A DNA stretch of 64,000 bases from Macrostomum lignano. Taxonomy: Eukaryota. A program made the translations under genes and the position numbers. The notes beneath the pieces are model-generated. The model was not told the origin of the DNA and ran no database searches. It worked only from the letters and a program-made list of their open reading frames with translations. Location: assembly GCA_002269645.1 (NCBI GenBank), contig NIVC01000785.1:220054-284053 (forward strand), written 5' to 3'. Position 1 is the stretch's first letter, and each line of letters opens with the position of its first letter. Positions 10,652-24,541 of this stretch are shown one piece after another.

Positions 10652-13600
10652 GGAAGTGCTTATCCCCACAGGCCACAGTCCCATACTGATAATTCCAATT
10701 TTATATATATGGATATATGTTGATAATTTCTAGCTTATCCCCATAGCAGCTTATTAAAATGGCTGCCACCATTCAAGTCTAGGCTATGTCAATAATTCAA
10801 ATTTTATTCACACAGATCCATGTTGATAATTTTTAGCTTATCCCCACAGCAGATTGGAATAAAGAATCTTAAAATGAATCTGTTAAAAAAGCATCTATTT
10901 GTTTTCACTGTTTTACAAATCTTCCAATTTAAATAAACTAGGGCCTATTGAATTGAATACTGAATAGTATTGAGTACTTTGTTAAAACTTTTTTATCATT
11001 AAAAGGATTAATTTTAAATATTTGCTTAGCTGTTGGCTTTGCTTAGAATGACTAAACAACCCTAAAATTGAGGCAAATGAGATGAGACTTGCAAAATTCA
11101 AAATGTAATAATAATAATGATTAATAATACTGATAATGACAATATCAATTTAACATCAGTACACAAAACTAAACACAAACAACTGCAGAATCTTAGCTGT
11201 GGGGATTAGCTAAAAATTATCAACATGGATCTGTGTAGGCCTAGATAAAATTGGAATTATTAACATGGCCTATAGACTTAAATAGTGCAATGGAAGCTAT
11301 TATAATAAGTGGTTCCAGCCAAAGTTGTCATATTTGAGATTGTCATCTGCAGCTTACGGGAAAAACAACTAGATTATCTAAATTGTCATCATCTCAGTAT
11401 TAGACAATGCTGCATTCACTAAATTGTCATATTGTGTTGCATTGGCTACACAAGGATCTTAGCTCATGGTGGCAGCATATTTTTGTTTGGCAACAAATTA
11501 AAATGATTTACAGTGTATAACTTAATGCTTATTCAAACTACAATACTTGTATTCTAGAAACTTCCGCAAAACACGCACTTTCTATAGGCCTGTGATGTCA
11601 TTGCACTACAGGAGATGTCTATCAGAGCCGACCTCAGACTTTACTGTGAGGACCTGGGCGCCGGTTGGACACTCTGGTACACTCAGCGGATGAGCCGTGG
11701 AGGAGTTGGAGCGCTGATCGGACCAAGGCTGCAACAGAGCTGTCGCTGCGTCTCCTTGTCTTCTTGGCTGCTTTGGGTTGATATCCAACTTTGCGGCCGG
11801 AATGCCCACCTGTTCTGTGCATATGCGCCACCTGCTACCTGCTCCAATGAGGCTCAGGCCTTCTTTGAGCAACTCTTGGTGTGGGTGGAGGGGATGGCAC
11901 AACGTGACACAGTGGTCATTTTTGGAGACCTGAATGCAGTTCTGCGTAGGTCCGAGCAATTGCTGTTTGTGACAGCGCGCAAGAACGGCAACACCGGAGC
12001 GCTAGAGGACTTCTTGGAGAGACAGGACATGGTGTCGGCCAACACCAGATTCTGCAAGGGAAGATCTGGAGAGGCTCCATCTGAGTGGGCGGCAAAATTG
12101 CGAGGCGGAGGAGACTCTGGTGGCTGTTTACCTGCAGCGGCAGCAGTTTGCTGTCGTTGACGCCATTCAAGCCATCTCTGACGCAAGGCCCGATGCCAGA
12201 GGGCGCGTAGCCTGGTCCATCATCACTCTGACGGGGCAAAAGCGGCGCATCGCGCTCAACCTAGCAGGCAACACTCTGGATGAACACAAGAATGAGCTGC
12301 GCGAGTTCTTCGCTGCCATTGTCAACGCACCACCTCTTCCACTTCCAGAAAATCTGAGACTGCCGCTGGAGATGCCGTTGCTGGCAGAGGAAAGCTTCAA
12401 CGTTGCCCCAGTCAACACAGCCGATGTTGTGAAGTTTGCTTAGCAGTCGCTAGGCGGCAAAGTGCTTGGTCTGGACGAGGTGCCCACCGAGGTGCTACGG
12501 ATCCATTGCGTGGCTACTGAGGTCGCCAGAGTTATGAAACGCGTGCTTTCTGGTGAGGTGGCGCCAAACGAATGGACCACGGCGCACATCATTGCCATTC
12601 CAAAGAAGCCGGGCACCACCAAGCTTGAGGAGCATCGAGGCATCTGCCTACAGTCCTGCGCCACAAAGCTGTTCAACCGCATGCTACTATTGCAGTTACA
12701 GCCTGTGCTGGACCCGTACCTGCGGCCTGAGCAGAACAGATTCCAGCCCCATCGCGGCACAGTGACGCAGATCCTGGCTTTTTGGCAAGTCATCGAGGGG
12801 GCGCGCATCCACCAGTTGACCCTGATCCTGATTGATTTCAGGAAGGCCTTTGACTTGGTCATGAGTGACGCACTCCCAGAGGTGCTCCATGCGTATATGC
12901 CAGAGCTGCTGATTTCTGCTGTCATGGCGCTGTACCACGGCACAACGGCTGCTGTCTCAACACCGGACGGCCTATCGGATTTCTTTGAAACATCCTCTGG
13001 GGTGCTCCAAGGAGATACGCTAGTGCCGTTCCTATTTATTCTGGTGCTTGACTAGGTGCTATGGACTGCTCTGCCTTCCAACAACGACGGCTTCCTGCTG
13101 TGGCGATGTGTGGGTCAACACCAACTAGAGAGACGGCTCAGCATGCTTGGCTACGCCGATGACCTCGCCCTGCTGTCCTCGACCGTCGAGGGCGCCCAAC
13201 GACAGCTGGATAGGCTGGTTGCCGTTGCGGCAAGCGTCGGCCTGGTAGTCAATATGCAGAAAACCGAAGTGCTATGCATGCCAAACCACATTGAGGCTAC
13301 AATCTTTTGCCAAGCGCTGACGGACAGGAGAGTGAGCTTCCAAGATGTCAGCAGTTTGTCTACCTCGGTGGTCTGGTTCCTGACATCTGCAAGGATCTGC
13401 TGCGTCGCCGAGGACTTGCCTGGGCTGCCTTTCATTCTATAAGCCTGCTGCGTGCCGCCTTCAAGATTGGCAACGAGCGAGTCACCAACATGGTGCTCTA
13501 TCATTGCACTGGCCTGGCCCATCCTAGCAATCTGCTATGCCGTCGGCGACTCCAGCTGGCAGGCCACGTCATCAGCGCTGAGGCCTACTATCTAGAGCCA

Positions 13601-14430
13601 GTGCAGGAGGTGCGCTACTTACGTTGCAGACACCCTACCAGTAAGGACAGGCGAGGACTCGGCACTACGTCAACTGTCTACTGGCTGATGCCGGCGCCCC
13701 GGACTCTGCTGGTGGTGCGGCCTTTGTTCGCATCCAAGCTTTGAAGTGCACAATTGACGCTGCTTTTGTGAACTGGCAGCATATTCTGTTATTGTTTTTA
13801 GACCTATTTGGCATTTTGAACTCCCGCGTACCCCTTTCTAAAAACTGCTTCTAGAACTTTCTGGATTCTAGAATGTTCTATTAACACATATAAATAATAT
13901 ACAGCATCCTAACACGCGATTACTTGACTATTTATTATTTTCCACATAGAAAACAATCAAAGAAAAATTAAAGAAAATGAACCACTGCGTTTCATGCCTC
14001 ATTTAGGCCTTATTTACATAATTCTACAGGTGCATGCAAGGGATTTTTGCCTGAAGGTAGGAAAATCCTAAATTAATACACCCTTGCCTTTGGTCAAAGT
14101 CGTCATATTTAAATGTTTAAGTCTTCCAGATTTGTTCAAGTTGTCATCATCATATGACGATTTTGAATAAAACAATTTTGGCTGCATCCTAATAGGCCTA
14201 AGCAGCAATCTTCAAGTTTCGTTCATTTAATTATTTCCGGAATTATTTCGCCCTCTATTCAAGGGTGGTGGGGGGGGGGGTGGGTGTTGGAATTAAACGA
14301 ACGAAACTTGAAGATACCCGCCTAAGCTGCCATGGGGATAAGCTAAAAATTAAATTATCAACATGGATCCGACTCATCCATGTGGATAAAATTGGAATTA
14401 TTGGTATGGGACTAGGGGAGAAGTACTTCC
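10652..14430. mobile_element. Old MULE/foldback-like TIR element interrupted by insertions
   Basis: 10652-10750 is inverted at 14325-14430 and 10750-10850 is inverted at about 11195-11310; terminus resembles that of 48789-49452. TSD not recognisable. Confidence 0.5.
11587..13796 (+). mobile_element. Decayed non-LTR retrotransposon (APE endonuclease plus RT; RTE/RTEX-like)
   Basis: DVIALQE, GDLNAVL, DFRKAFD, LQGDTLVPFLF, GYADDLAL; stops, frameshifts and deletions; homologous to 56797-59311. Confidence 0.93.
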
Positions 14431-14933
14431 TTCAAATATTCCTACTTTTAAATTTTAAATATATCTATTACCTAGATTTTTCTATCATTCTATCAAGCTA
14501 GGTTCTTCTGCTGGCAATGGCTAGAGTTCTGGCACTGGAACCTATTCTCTAAGGGCTATGGATCCAGCAGTGGTACTCATTACTCTAGTAGGCCGGACTA
14601 GGCCCTAGTGCAAGTATAATTTATGGGTATAATAAATAATAGACCTATAGTATAGGCATAGCAGAAACAATGAAACATTTTACTTTTTAATGGGTGGTTG
14701 TGTTGATATTTTGTTTAGGATAGGCCTTAGGCTAAGATTAAAATGAAACAATGAGATTTAAAACAAGATACTTCGAATCTAATGTTCAAAGATTTTCTTA
14801 GTAGATAACTGCCTGCAGAAGACTGCTAGATCTATAGGCCTAGCCATTAGAAAATGGGTTCCGGTGCTAGAACTCTACTAGCCATTACCAAAATAGCACT
14901 AATAAATAACTGTTTTAAAATATACTTCTTTGC

Positions 14934-15173
14934 CGGGGTTTTCTTTTTTGCCAGAGACAAGCAAGGTGCAAAATCGCACCCTATGCTCACTTTCATAGTG
15001 CAATTGTAAGGCTCAAAGTGCAATTTCTCTTTTTTCTTACTTCAAGGCAATGCAAATGAGGTTATAAATAGGTTATAAGATTGCACCTAAACTGCACCTA
15101 CATTTCAATTTCAGGGTGCAATTTTTAAATTTAAGGTGCATACGCACACTCTATGCACAAAAAATAAACCCTG
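14934..15173. mobile_element. hAT MITE (240 bp)
   Basis: Ends C(A/G)GGGTTT; exact 8-bp TSD TTCTTTGC at 14926-14933 and 15174-15181. Confidence 0.75.
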
Positions 15174-16695
15174 TTCTTTGCAATGTAGTTGATCAAAATG
15201 GCAATCAAACATAGCATTAAACAGTGAGATAAGGAGTTCCTACGACATTAAGTATAAAGCATAAAGCGTAAAGCTACGCATTAAGCACTTATAAGCATTC
15301 TAAGGAATTAGCGAGTAAAATTTCTCAATACTCGAAAAATACTGATTTGAAAGCATAACTTAGTTACCTGAACATTTTGCAGTAAACAGTTTTAACAAAA
15401 GAAAATTTACAACGTATTTTGAACTTTGAAATAAAAGCATAGTTGCTAAACGAAAGAATTAAAACTGACGATAATACAATAAATTCAACTTATAATGAAT
15501 AACCTTTGCTACTTCATTTTTTTCATTTTTATAAATTGTGAAACAACCTTTCATGTTACCTAATAAGTTCCAATGGGGTCGTTCTCAAAGCTAGGTCACA
15601 ACTTTTTGTTATTGCAAAAAAAGTTTATACATCGACCAATAATCGTACAAAAAAAATTATTTCGACAATTTCTGTAAGAAGCTGCTACTAAAACCACAAG
15701 AAAACTTGAAATTGAGAAGAAATCAAGGCTATTTGTTATTCTTTGTTGCGGAAAATAAACGACAAAAATATTAAAGAGAAAATAAAATTTTCTTCTATTT
15801 TTATTTTAAATATGCAGTTAAATTTCTTTTGCAAAAATAAAAGAACAAGAAATTGACAAAGGAAATGTTTTTGAGCACAGCATTTTGTTACTCTGCTCTA
15901 ATTCCCAGACATTTAAAATTATCGTGTGCGAAAAAGTGCGAAATTATTATAGCATGCACTCGAAAGGACTTCGATCAGTTTAACTAATCACTGAATTAAG
16001 AAGTCTAAATAAGTCTTGAAAGGTTGAATTAAAAATCAAGTTTTCACTATGTATATTTTCAAAGTCAAGATGATTCGACAAATAAAGAATGTTCATTTTT
16101 ACGGTGAATAGAATTGTTCATTTTTACATTAAATATAATAAAATCTAACTAATAATAGAAAAAGTCAGGGAACTATCCTTGAACACCAAAAAGCACATTG
16201 TGGATTTAATATCAACTGCATGTTCCTTAATAAAGGAATTCGGATTCTAGTATATATTTGATTATTTGTAGCATAATTTCTGAAAACTATAACTTGCTTG
16301 ATTTTACTTTAAGTAGTTATTACATTAATACTTATACCAAAGCTACATGTACTTAAAATAAAAAATTATAGTTACTTATTAGACATTTTACTCCAATTAA
16401 CTTGAAATAATTCAAATTTATTTTAATTAATTCATTTTTTGAAACTTTTTGGAAAATAGACAAAATTGAATTATTTAATTACCAAAAACCTACTAGCTTA
16501 ACTAAAATAGCAATTAGTCTTTAAGAAAAGAATTCACTTGTTAATTGAGAAAAATGAGGATGTGCGAGGTGTAAAAATGCGAAAGAGCATGCAGGAAACA
16601 GAGACAAACAAAAATGTAGGTAAAAGACACTGCACATGCACATAATATGATAACCAGACATAATGTCACGTTATTGGCGTAGCGGCCAGCTATGC

Positions 16696-17454
16696 GGTGA
16701 CCCTTAAAAGGGCCGTTTTAGTCCCAAAATAAGTTGAAGTCAATTCTTGTAAAGCGGATTTTGTAGCGGAGCACTTGGCGATAAAGGCAGGAACTGCCGT
16801 AGTTGTCTTTATTGTTAATATCAGTATTAAGCTTGGTTGTTACTGGCAATAAACAGACTATAGCTTTCTGGGCACTGGCGGCTGCAACAATGGGTTGAAT
16901 ATAATTTGGATATGAAGTCAAGTGGCAGGCGAATGACACAATGGCGACGTGACGTGAGCAGTGGCTATGAGCACAGTGAAGGCAGTGAAACGTAGTGGCG
17001 AGTTGGCGTCGGTCGTGGCGTTAAACAGTCAAGTAAGTGTGTGAGCAGGCTGGCCCAGACAGAAGGGCCGTGGTGAGAAATAAGGAGGCTCGAGGCAGCC
17101 AGACAAACAGATAAGACAGCTAAGAGGCCGCAGGGAAGGAAACAAGGAACAAGCGGGGAGTGCCGCCGCCAGGCGGGGGGGGGTTTAATAAAAGAGCGCA
17201 GAGGGGGTAGCGCGAGCACGAGTGATTTCATTGGCTGGCGAGAGAACTTAAAATTATCGATCGTGCCAATTTTATACGGTTGCGAGAGAGGATAGCAAAA
17301 TATACAATGAATTATAAATTGCCACAAAATCGTTGGGCACTACTACAAGTAAACGTCGCAATAAACGAATGGAAAAGTTTAGTTGAAACGGTGAAACTGA
17401 AGGGTTGAATGACTATGGAGAACAGCAGTCCAACGGCCCTTTTCGGGACCACCT
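16696..17454. mobile_element. Possible Kolobok-like non-autonomous element
   Basis: Imperfect 22-bp IR GGTG...AAAAGGGCCGTT; TTAA present only on the right. Confidence 0.3.
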
Positions 17455-20400
17455 TAAACTGACAACGTCACAATAATGCGCACACTGAAACACCAGTAGC
17501 AATGACGCCCAAGCTTTTGATGATCACAAGCGAAAAGGCAAAACCCAGCCATCAATCAAAGAAGTAGACTTTAGCACGCATCTTGAGTGCATCACGCATT
17601 TTTTGCAGAGAAGCTCGAAAATTAACATTGTATTCTGTGCACAACCACCAACTGCGACAGGGTCTGCCGGGGGATTTGTGGGCACGCGGTCGCGGATACA
17701 AATCGGAGGAGTCGCTGACCATTCTGAAATTACTAGCTAGTACATGTAATTTTGTGTATTAATATATTTAGCCCGCTTTATTTCTATGCTCTCGTCCGCC
17801 TCTCGTTAATGCATCCCCAGACCCCAGACTCTTGCAATAATCAAACTTATGATCGAACTATGCATGGCTTCCGTCCCTCGCTTTGAATCTCTCACCTCCC
17901 CATAGTTCCATCAACCTTACCTTAGTGGCTTCCTATGCAAAAATCATCCCTCCGCATCTTACACAGGCTACTTCAGGCTGTAGACTGTACTACACTTTTA
18001 CTTCAGTAATTAGTTGCGCTATAAGGAATCTACATGCATTTTGCTCGCAGCGCAGCGCGTTGCTCAAAGAAGTTTAGTTCTATCTAGATATTCTAGTAAT
18101 TTCAGGTTTGTCGATAGACTAGAGCTCATGAGATGAGAATTCCATTAACTAGTACATTTAATATGAATGAACTGCGTGTGTGTGTGCTGTGCATACATAT
18201 GTATAATATACGAGTAGTTTATGGGCCAAACTATTGTGTGGCACAATTCTTGGCATCACTCAGCAGGCACAAGATGCAGTTAAGCAGCGCACGAAAATTC
18301 TACAAAAGAAATTGAGCCTGGTTGAGGTGATGCGAGGAGGCAGATCCACACAATCTCAGTGAATACACCAGACTGCACCAGATACGAGTCCAGTCGAATG
18401 AGTGCACTGGTCTAAGCAGCACACGCATGTCCTTCTGACAATGACGGCACCTAGCTTCGTCCAAGCCTTTGCCAGCGTCACTGACAGCGTTAATACTACC
18501 ATGCAGTGCCACCTGCAGCACCGACAACGGCAATTCCTCCAGTTAGCCCACAACAGTGGCTAAACTGAGGGACAGGGAACCTACCCACAGAAGACACACA
18601 CATACACACACAGCACCGGCAGCAGCACTCTGACAGCATAACCTAAAGCTCCATGAGCTCAGTTTTCAAGCATTGAAGAAGCAGAAGCAGTCATCTTGGA
18701 TCCAGGGATCAGGAAGAGTGTTGCATGTCCGACATGTGCTGTTTCCGTGGCAAAAGGTGATGGAGCAAATTAATCAACACTTACTATCTAGCTCGTATTA
18801 AGACTAAAAAACTGAGGCAAGCAGGGATTAAACCAAAGAAAATTTTTTACTATACTTTTTTACCATACTTTTACTATACTTCTATAGTATAGTAGAGAGG
18901 TAGGCCTACTCTATTTAAATGCAGTAAGAAGTGAAACAAATTTATATATTTAATTATTAAATTAAATTAATTCAAGGTAAATAACAAATTTAACCAATTT
19001 ATTAGGAGTATTTATTATTATAATAAATTGATTTTTATACCTTACACGAAATAAGCTCTACATTCATTTCTTAGCTTGGGGCCCATCTGTATAAGGTCAG
19101 TTTCTTCAAAATGCTGATTAATTAATTAAGGCCTGTTGTCTTTACTTAAATTTATAAGGGCATCTTAGAAGTTAATATTACTATATAATACATGTATAAT
19201 AGTATTACTATATTATAATAATATAGTTGCAATTTTAATGACTATTAAATAAGTTTAAATGCTTCCCCTATTGACTCTAAATATATGGTATCTTTCCCTT
19301 CAGAAAAAATTAGCATAGAATGACTTGATGAAAACAAAAAAATCATTTAGAGATACACATTTGCTGATCATTCAGGTCAAATTTCAAGGTCCAGTTTTGC
19401 ACATGTTTCTCTGTAGCTTGGTTACAAGGATTTTAATAAAAATATAATAAATATGTCCAATGAACTAACTGATACATAGCCAAATTGAAGTATTTTCAAA
19501 AACAAAAAAAATCATTTGCTCAGTTTACTTTACTGGATATCTGTGTAAAATTTCAGCTCAAAAGGTGCTCCATGGAGAATGCTAGTGTGGTTACAGGATA
19601 TTTATTTTGTGCTTCAAAGTAGGAGTTTATTGCGATGCATGGTTGCTTTTAATTATTTTTATCAACAATAGTGCTCTATTTCATAACAATTTTTTACAAA
19701 AAGATAATAAGACATGTTTTTCTAATTATCTGCATCAAAATGTATCATTTTAAGCACGCATTCTAGACGTCAGCCGAAAAATACATTTTGTGAGACGCAA
19801 AGAGGCTATCCCACCGGAAATGCTAGGCGTACAGTTAAGCGTCTATAAAATCATTTGTAGTGCAGTTTATTGAGCTTTAAAAAATTCTTAAATTAAATTT
19901 ATATAAGCTTTAATTTTAAATGTAATATAGCAAGGTTTCAACACAACAACAACTTTTTTTAGCTACAGACATCTTGTAGTATCAAAAATTAACATCGGTG
20001 AAATGATTGAATTTGAATTTTTTCAATGCTAATTATCGCTTAATACCGCCAGATGATTAAAAACACTGTTGTATGATAAAGTTCAACCCAAAAATTATCT
20101 TTATTGACAGATAAAAGTGTCCTATTATTTTCAATATGGCAGTAATAATAGTAAATGTTTGGAAAATTGTTAAAATTTTTGCTCCTCCTAGAATTTGCGA
20201 ACGACCCAATGGCCCCATGAGCATGATTAAATGCATGCATGGTTCGTCGTCCCCTCTGCTTTTGTGATAGGGTAACGTCAGGTACTTGTGTATGTCCTTT
20301 TGCTCCTAGACTTGTCTCGCATTTTGCCAAAATAGACAAAACTGTCACAAAAATTTCTATTCACCATCCCTAGACACTAAGACACCACTAACTAACCACT

Positions 20401-20897
20401 GACTAACTACCTAACTACCTAACTACCTAACTAACTAACCACTAGGCCTAGGCCTAACCACTAACACCACCGACTAGGCTTAACATTATTTAATATCTTA
20501 ATATGTAATAATATATGTCGCCAAAATAGCTATCCATTCCTTTTGGTGTCTATATATTATTGCATTTTTGCATTGCATTTTTGCATTGCATTGCATTTGC
20601 ATTTGCATTGCATTTGCATTGCATTTATTGCATTTTTGTTTACTCACTTAAATTTAGGATGCTAGGCCTAGGGCCTATTTAAAAATTAAAATAAATAAAT
20701 ACTAAATAAAAATATTATGTAGCATAGCATCTTTATAATTATATGAAGAATAGCAGCATGTTTAACTCTTGACCAGCACTTATTTTTTTTATTTTACAAA
20801 GACATGTTTATGCACTTTTTACTTGATTGGTGGTTCTTTAAAATTAGGCCTAAAAAGGTCTAATAACAGAAATAGGTAGTGTATACCAAGACTGCCA

Positions 20898-23441
20898 CCA
20901 TGGTCAGGAAGGTGCAGCGCGTGCGCCGTAATAACATCCATCAAAATTTTTGTTGTGCGCCACATGCGCCAAGAAAAAAAATTACTTGTGTGCCATATGC
21001 CCAGAAAAATACACTTGAAAAAGCACCAAGTATTAAGTATCTAAATTGAATCAATACCAATTGAAGTTCAAGCAGTTCAATCATGGCTTCTATTTGCAAA
21101 ATATTTAAGCAAAAAGGCACAACAAAAGCTGCAAAAGGCACAAATTTGTTAAGTAAAAAGTACATTGTACATGATATAGTCAGACATATATGTAGTAAGC
21201 ATATGTATAAGTATAGTAAGCATTATAAGCATATACTAAGTATAAGTATTAGGCCTAAGGCCTATTCACACCGGTCAAAGAGACCAAATTTTGTGTGATC
21301 ATGTAATTTTTTTTATTGATTTTCATTCCTTTTGTGTCGTGTAAGTTGGTGGCTCACACCCTCACTCGATCGCAGTGTGAATGGGCCTCAGATAATAGGC
21401 CTAAGTGAAATAAATTGCATTGTCCTTCTCTACTCAACTCATAGACCAACCTACTCTAGCTAGACTCGTCACTGCTCCTCAGCTTCTGCTTCCTCAGCCA
21501 ACTGACGCCGCTGATGCTGATACTGGCCAATGAAAGGACAGTGAGGGATGGAGTTGCTGTGCCAGTCAACAATCTTGCTTACGCAATACTTTTTTGCTGC
21601 CTGCTGCTGAATGTCGTAGAAAAATGGGCCACGATAAGGCCGAAGACCGCGTTGCCTGTCTCCGACAAAAAAGAGCCTAGCAGCTTTGTTCAAAAGCAGT
21701 CGGCACTCCGGCATATTTACTTTGAGGGGCAGCATCCAGCTTAGTTTAGTTCATAACGCTAGAGTGTCATTAGTTTGGCCCCTTTGCTGCTCCTGCAATC
21801 GCATTACTGAGTAATACATTTCAACTATCGCCTCTGAAATTAAAATATATGTTGTTTCTCCTGTCTATTGTCATATTTTATAATTGCTAACAGTACTTGT
21901 AGCTCGTACTTTTAAACCTATTTCTATATACAGAAACTTTACAAGCAGAAAGAAACTTATATAGACATCAAAATACTTTAAGAATTACTAAAATACTTTA
22001 TGAAAGGCATAAAAAAAATATTTTCACCTGTGCCTCCAAGGTGAAGCACAAAGTCTAGCAAGCGGCATGCCTCCTGGCCAGCTGCTTTGTAAAGCCTTGG
22101 ATCGGAGTACAGCGACCTGTACATGGCAGCTTTGTTCAGCCATACTGAGCTCTTGTATCCGGACTCAGTAGTCACAACAAGCTGCAATGAAGCGAAAGCA
22201 CGTTTGGAGCACACAACTCTGAGCATACGACTCGTTTGATGGGCCCTTTCATGCTGGGTTCGAGCCAGGAATCGCAGCCAACACCAGACAAAAATTCCTG
22301 GTGAATGGCACCGGCATAGTCGGCCACGTACTTCCGAGCCAGCTGAGACCTCACACGCAGACTCTAGTGCTTCTCAGCCTGCTCGACGAACTTCAGAATG
22401 GTGGCAGAGGTGGTGAACTCCTCAGTGCTAATTTTGGGGTTGGCGGAGGTCAGAAACAGGATAATATTAGTTGCATCCAATACCATCGCACTAGCAGCCA
22501 CAGAGGAGTGCTTGTCAGCCTTCGCTATACATGATGAGAGGCTCTCAAGCAGGGCAGCAGACAGCCAGACCAAGTCCTGCTCCATGTCACGGAGGTCCCG
22601 AGCAGTCCAGTTGACACGCTGGTCTCTCTCGTCATCGTCCGTAAGCCAGCTGTCAAGCAGGGGCACACCGCAGAATGTACCACCTGTTGATAGAATTTGA
22701 TTTATTGAAAATATGTTGCTTGGGCTAGCTTATAGAAATTTTTATAAATTAATAAAAATAAGATTTAGCACCCAGTCTGAGTCTACCTGGATGAAGTGAT
22801 CCGTAACAAGCTTTTAGCCTCGGATAATCCTCGACATTAAAGCCTCAAGCTCGGCATTCTAAGAAGCTAGCCACCTTCAGAATATCATGATATATGATAT
22901 TCGATATTGATAATTGATAGTCATCATTGGAAATTTGGAATTTGACTCCACTTGGAGTTGGACGACCCACCTTTGGCATTTTTACTGATGGTAGTAGCCG
23001 TGCCCGTAACTCCAACTTCAAAATCTGCATCACGATCACTGTCACTGTCACTTGAGTGACTTGACCTTGACTTACTCATACTGAACTGAACTCAAGATGC
23101 TCCAACTTGCTCCATTGCTCGTTGCTTTGCAATCATTAAAAGCTATGATTTATGAAATTTGAAATAGAAACAACATTGGAAATAATGACTATCATATCGA
23201 CTATCGTTTATTTTATTGATTGATTGACATTTAATATACGTTTTTTTATTATTCATTATTATATTGTCACGTACACTGACATACCTTGTGCACCATGCGC
23301 CAAGCCATGCACCAATGCACCGAGCCATGCGCCGATGTGCCGAGCCCATGCGCGCGGCGCAGTGAAGTGTGCGCCGTGTGCCAGCAAATTGCTGATTTGC
23401 GCCAGAAAATTCCGAGGATTCTACCATCTTCCTGGCTGTGG
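20898..23441. mobile_element. TIR DNA element with CCATRG ends and decayed internal ORF
   Basis: CCATGGTCAGGAAGGTG / RC CCACAGCCAGGAAGATG; exact 8-bp TSD GACTGCCA at 20890-20897 and 23442-23449. Confidence 0.7.
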
Positions 23442-24541
23442 GACTGCCACACTTGAAAAGCTAGGGAGGAATTTGGCTCAATGTTTTATTGGATAGTGCT
23501 AAAGAAGAGATAAGTGGGTAGGAAAGCCAGTAAAACAAGGCTGTGAGCTAGGTTTTTTGGGTTATATAGGGTTTTTGTTTTTTGGCCCCTTGAAAATCTC
23601 ATTGGCAACTGGATTTTTGGCATCAGAGGCCAATCTGGCACTTCATTTCCTTGTGCCAGTTGCCACTTTCAGAAAATGATTTTGCAAATGTAATAAAAGT
23701 GCCATATGAATCTAAGTTGTGGCAAATACTAAGTTGCAAAAATTGCCAATGTCAATAACAAGTCCCAGATAGTCTCATTCCCATAGTCATATAGTGCATA
23801 CATGTTTAATGAGCCTCGGAAATATCTATCCTCAAGAATGTGGCTAGTTGCCAATGGGCAACCAAAAATAGCCATTGGCAACTAGATTTTAGGCCCCAAG
23901 GGCCAGCTGGCATCTAAATTTCCAACCTTAAAAAAACCCAGGCTGTAAAAGAGGTACCTGTGAGAGGAATAGCAATGCTAGAAGATTGGTAGCTCCCTTT
24001 CAAAACTAGTAGCCAGTAATAGGCCCTAGCTGTGGCAAATAAGCTATACCAAATAGGCTATGCACGAAATAGGCTATGAGTAGGCCATTGGGAAGTTGCT
24101 TTTTTAAAAAGTACCAGCACCTTAACTAGTACTGGAAGTTATTATCCAGTACTGGGAACATAAAGGTTGGTAAACAGTAAAATACTTATAGACCTAGATA
24201 TTTTTTAATTTTTGGTTATTTTTTAAAATAGGTTTTATTTTTCCTTTTGATTTCTTTTTGTAATGACTTTATAAAAAAAGAATTGAATTTATACCAGTTT
24301 TTTTAAAGTATTAGAATATTTATTTGCTAACACTAATAGAAAAATAATCTAATCTAAACCAAAAGTATAAAGTAGTTTTTAAATCTAAAACCAATTTTAG
24401 ATTAAATAAAATAGGGCCTATATGCAAATATACTAGGCCTTAGGCTAAATTAACATATCAAATAAGTTATATTAATAACTTAAACAGTATATTATTTTGC
24501 ATGTGTAGTGGGCCGCTAGTTTAGTGTTTGGCGTTCCCCTT

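Noticed and set aside
18300-18770. Possible coding relic (CPTC motif, moderate GC)
   Set aside because: Short frames with stops, no recognisable family and no splice logic.
23548-23942. hAT MITE with CTRGGTTTTTT ends
   Set aside because: The TSD matches only 6 of 8 and the IR is low-complexity, which is insufficient support.
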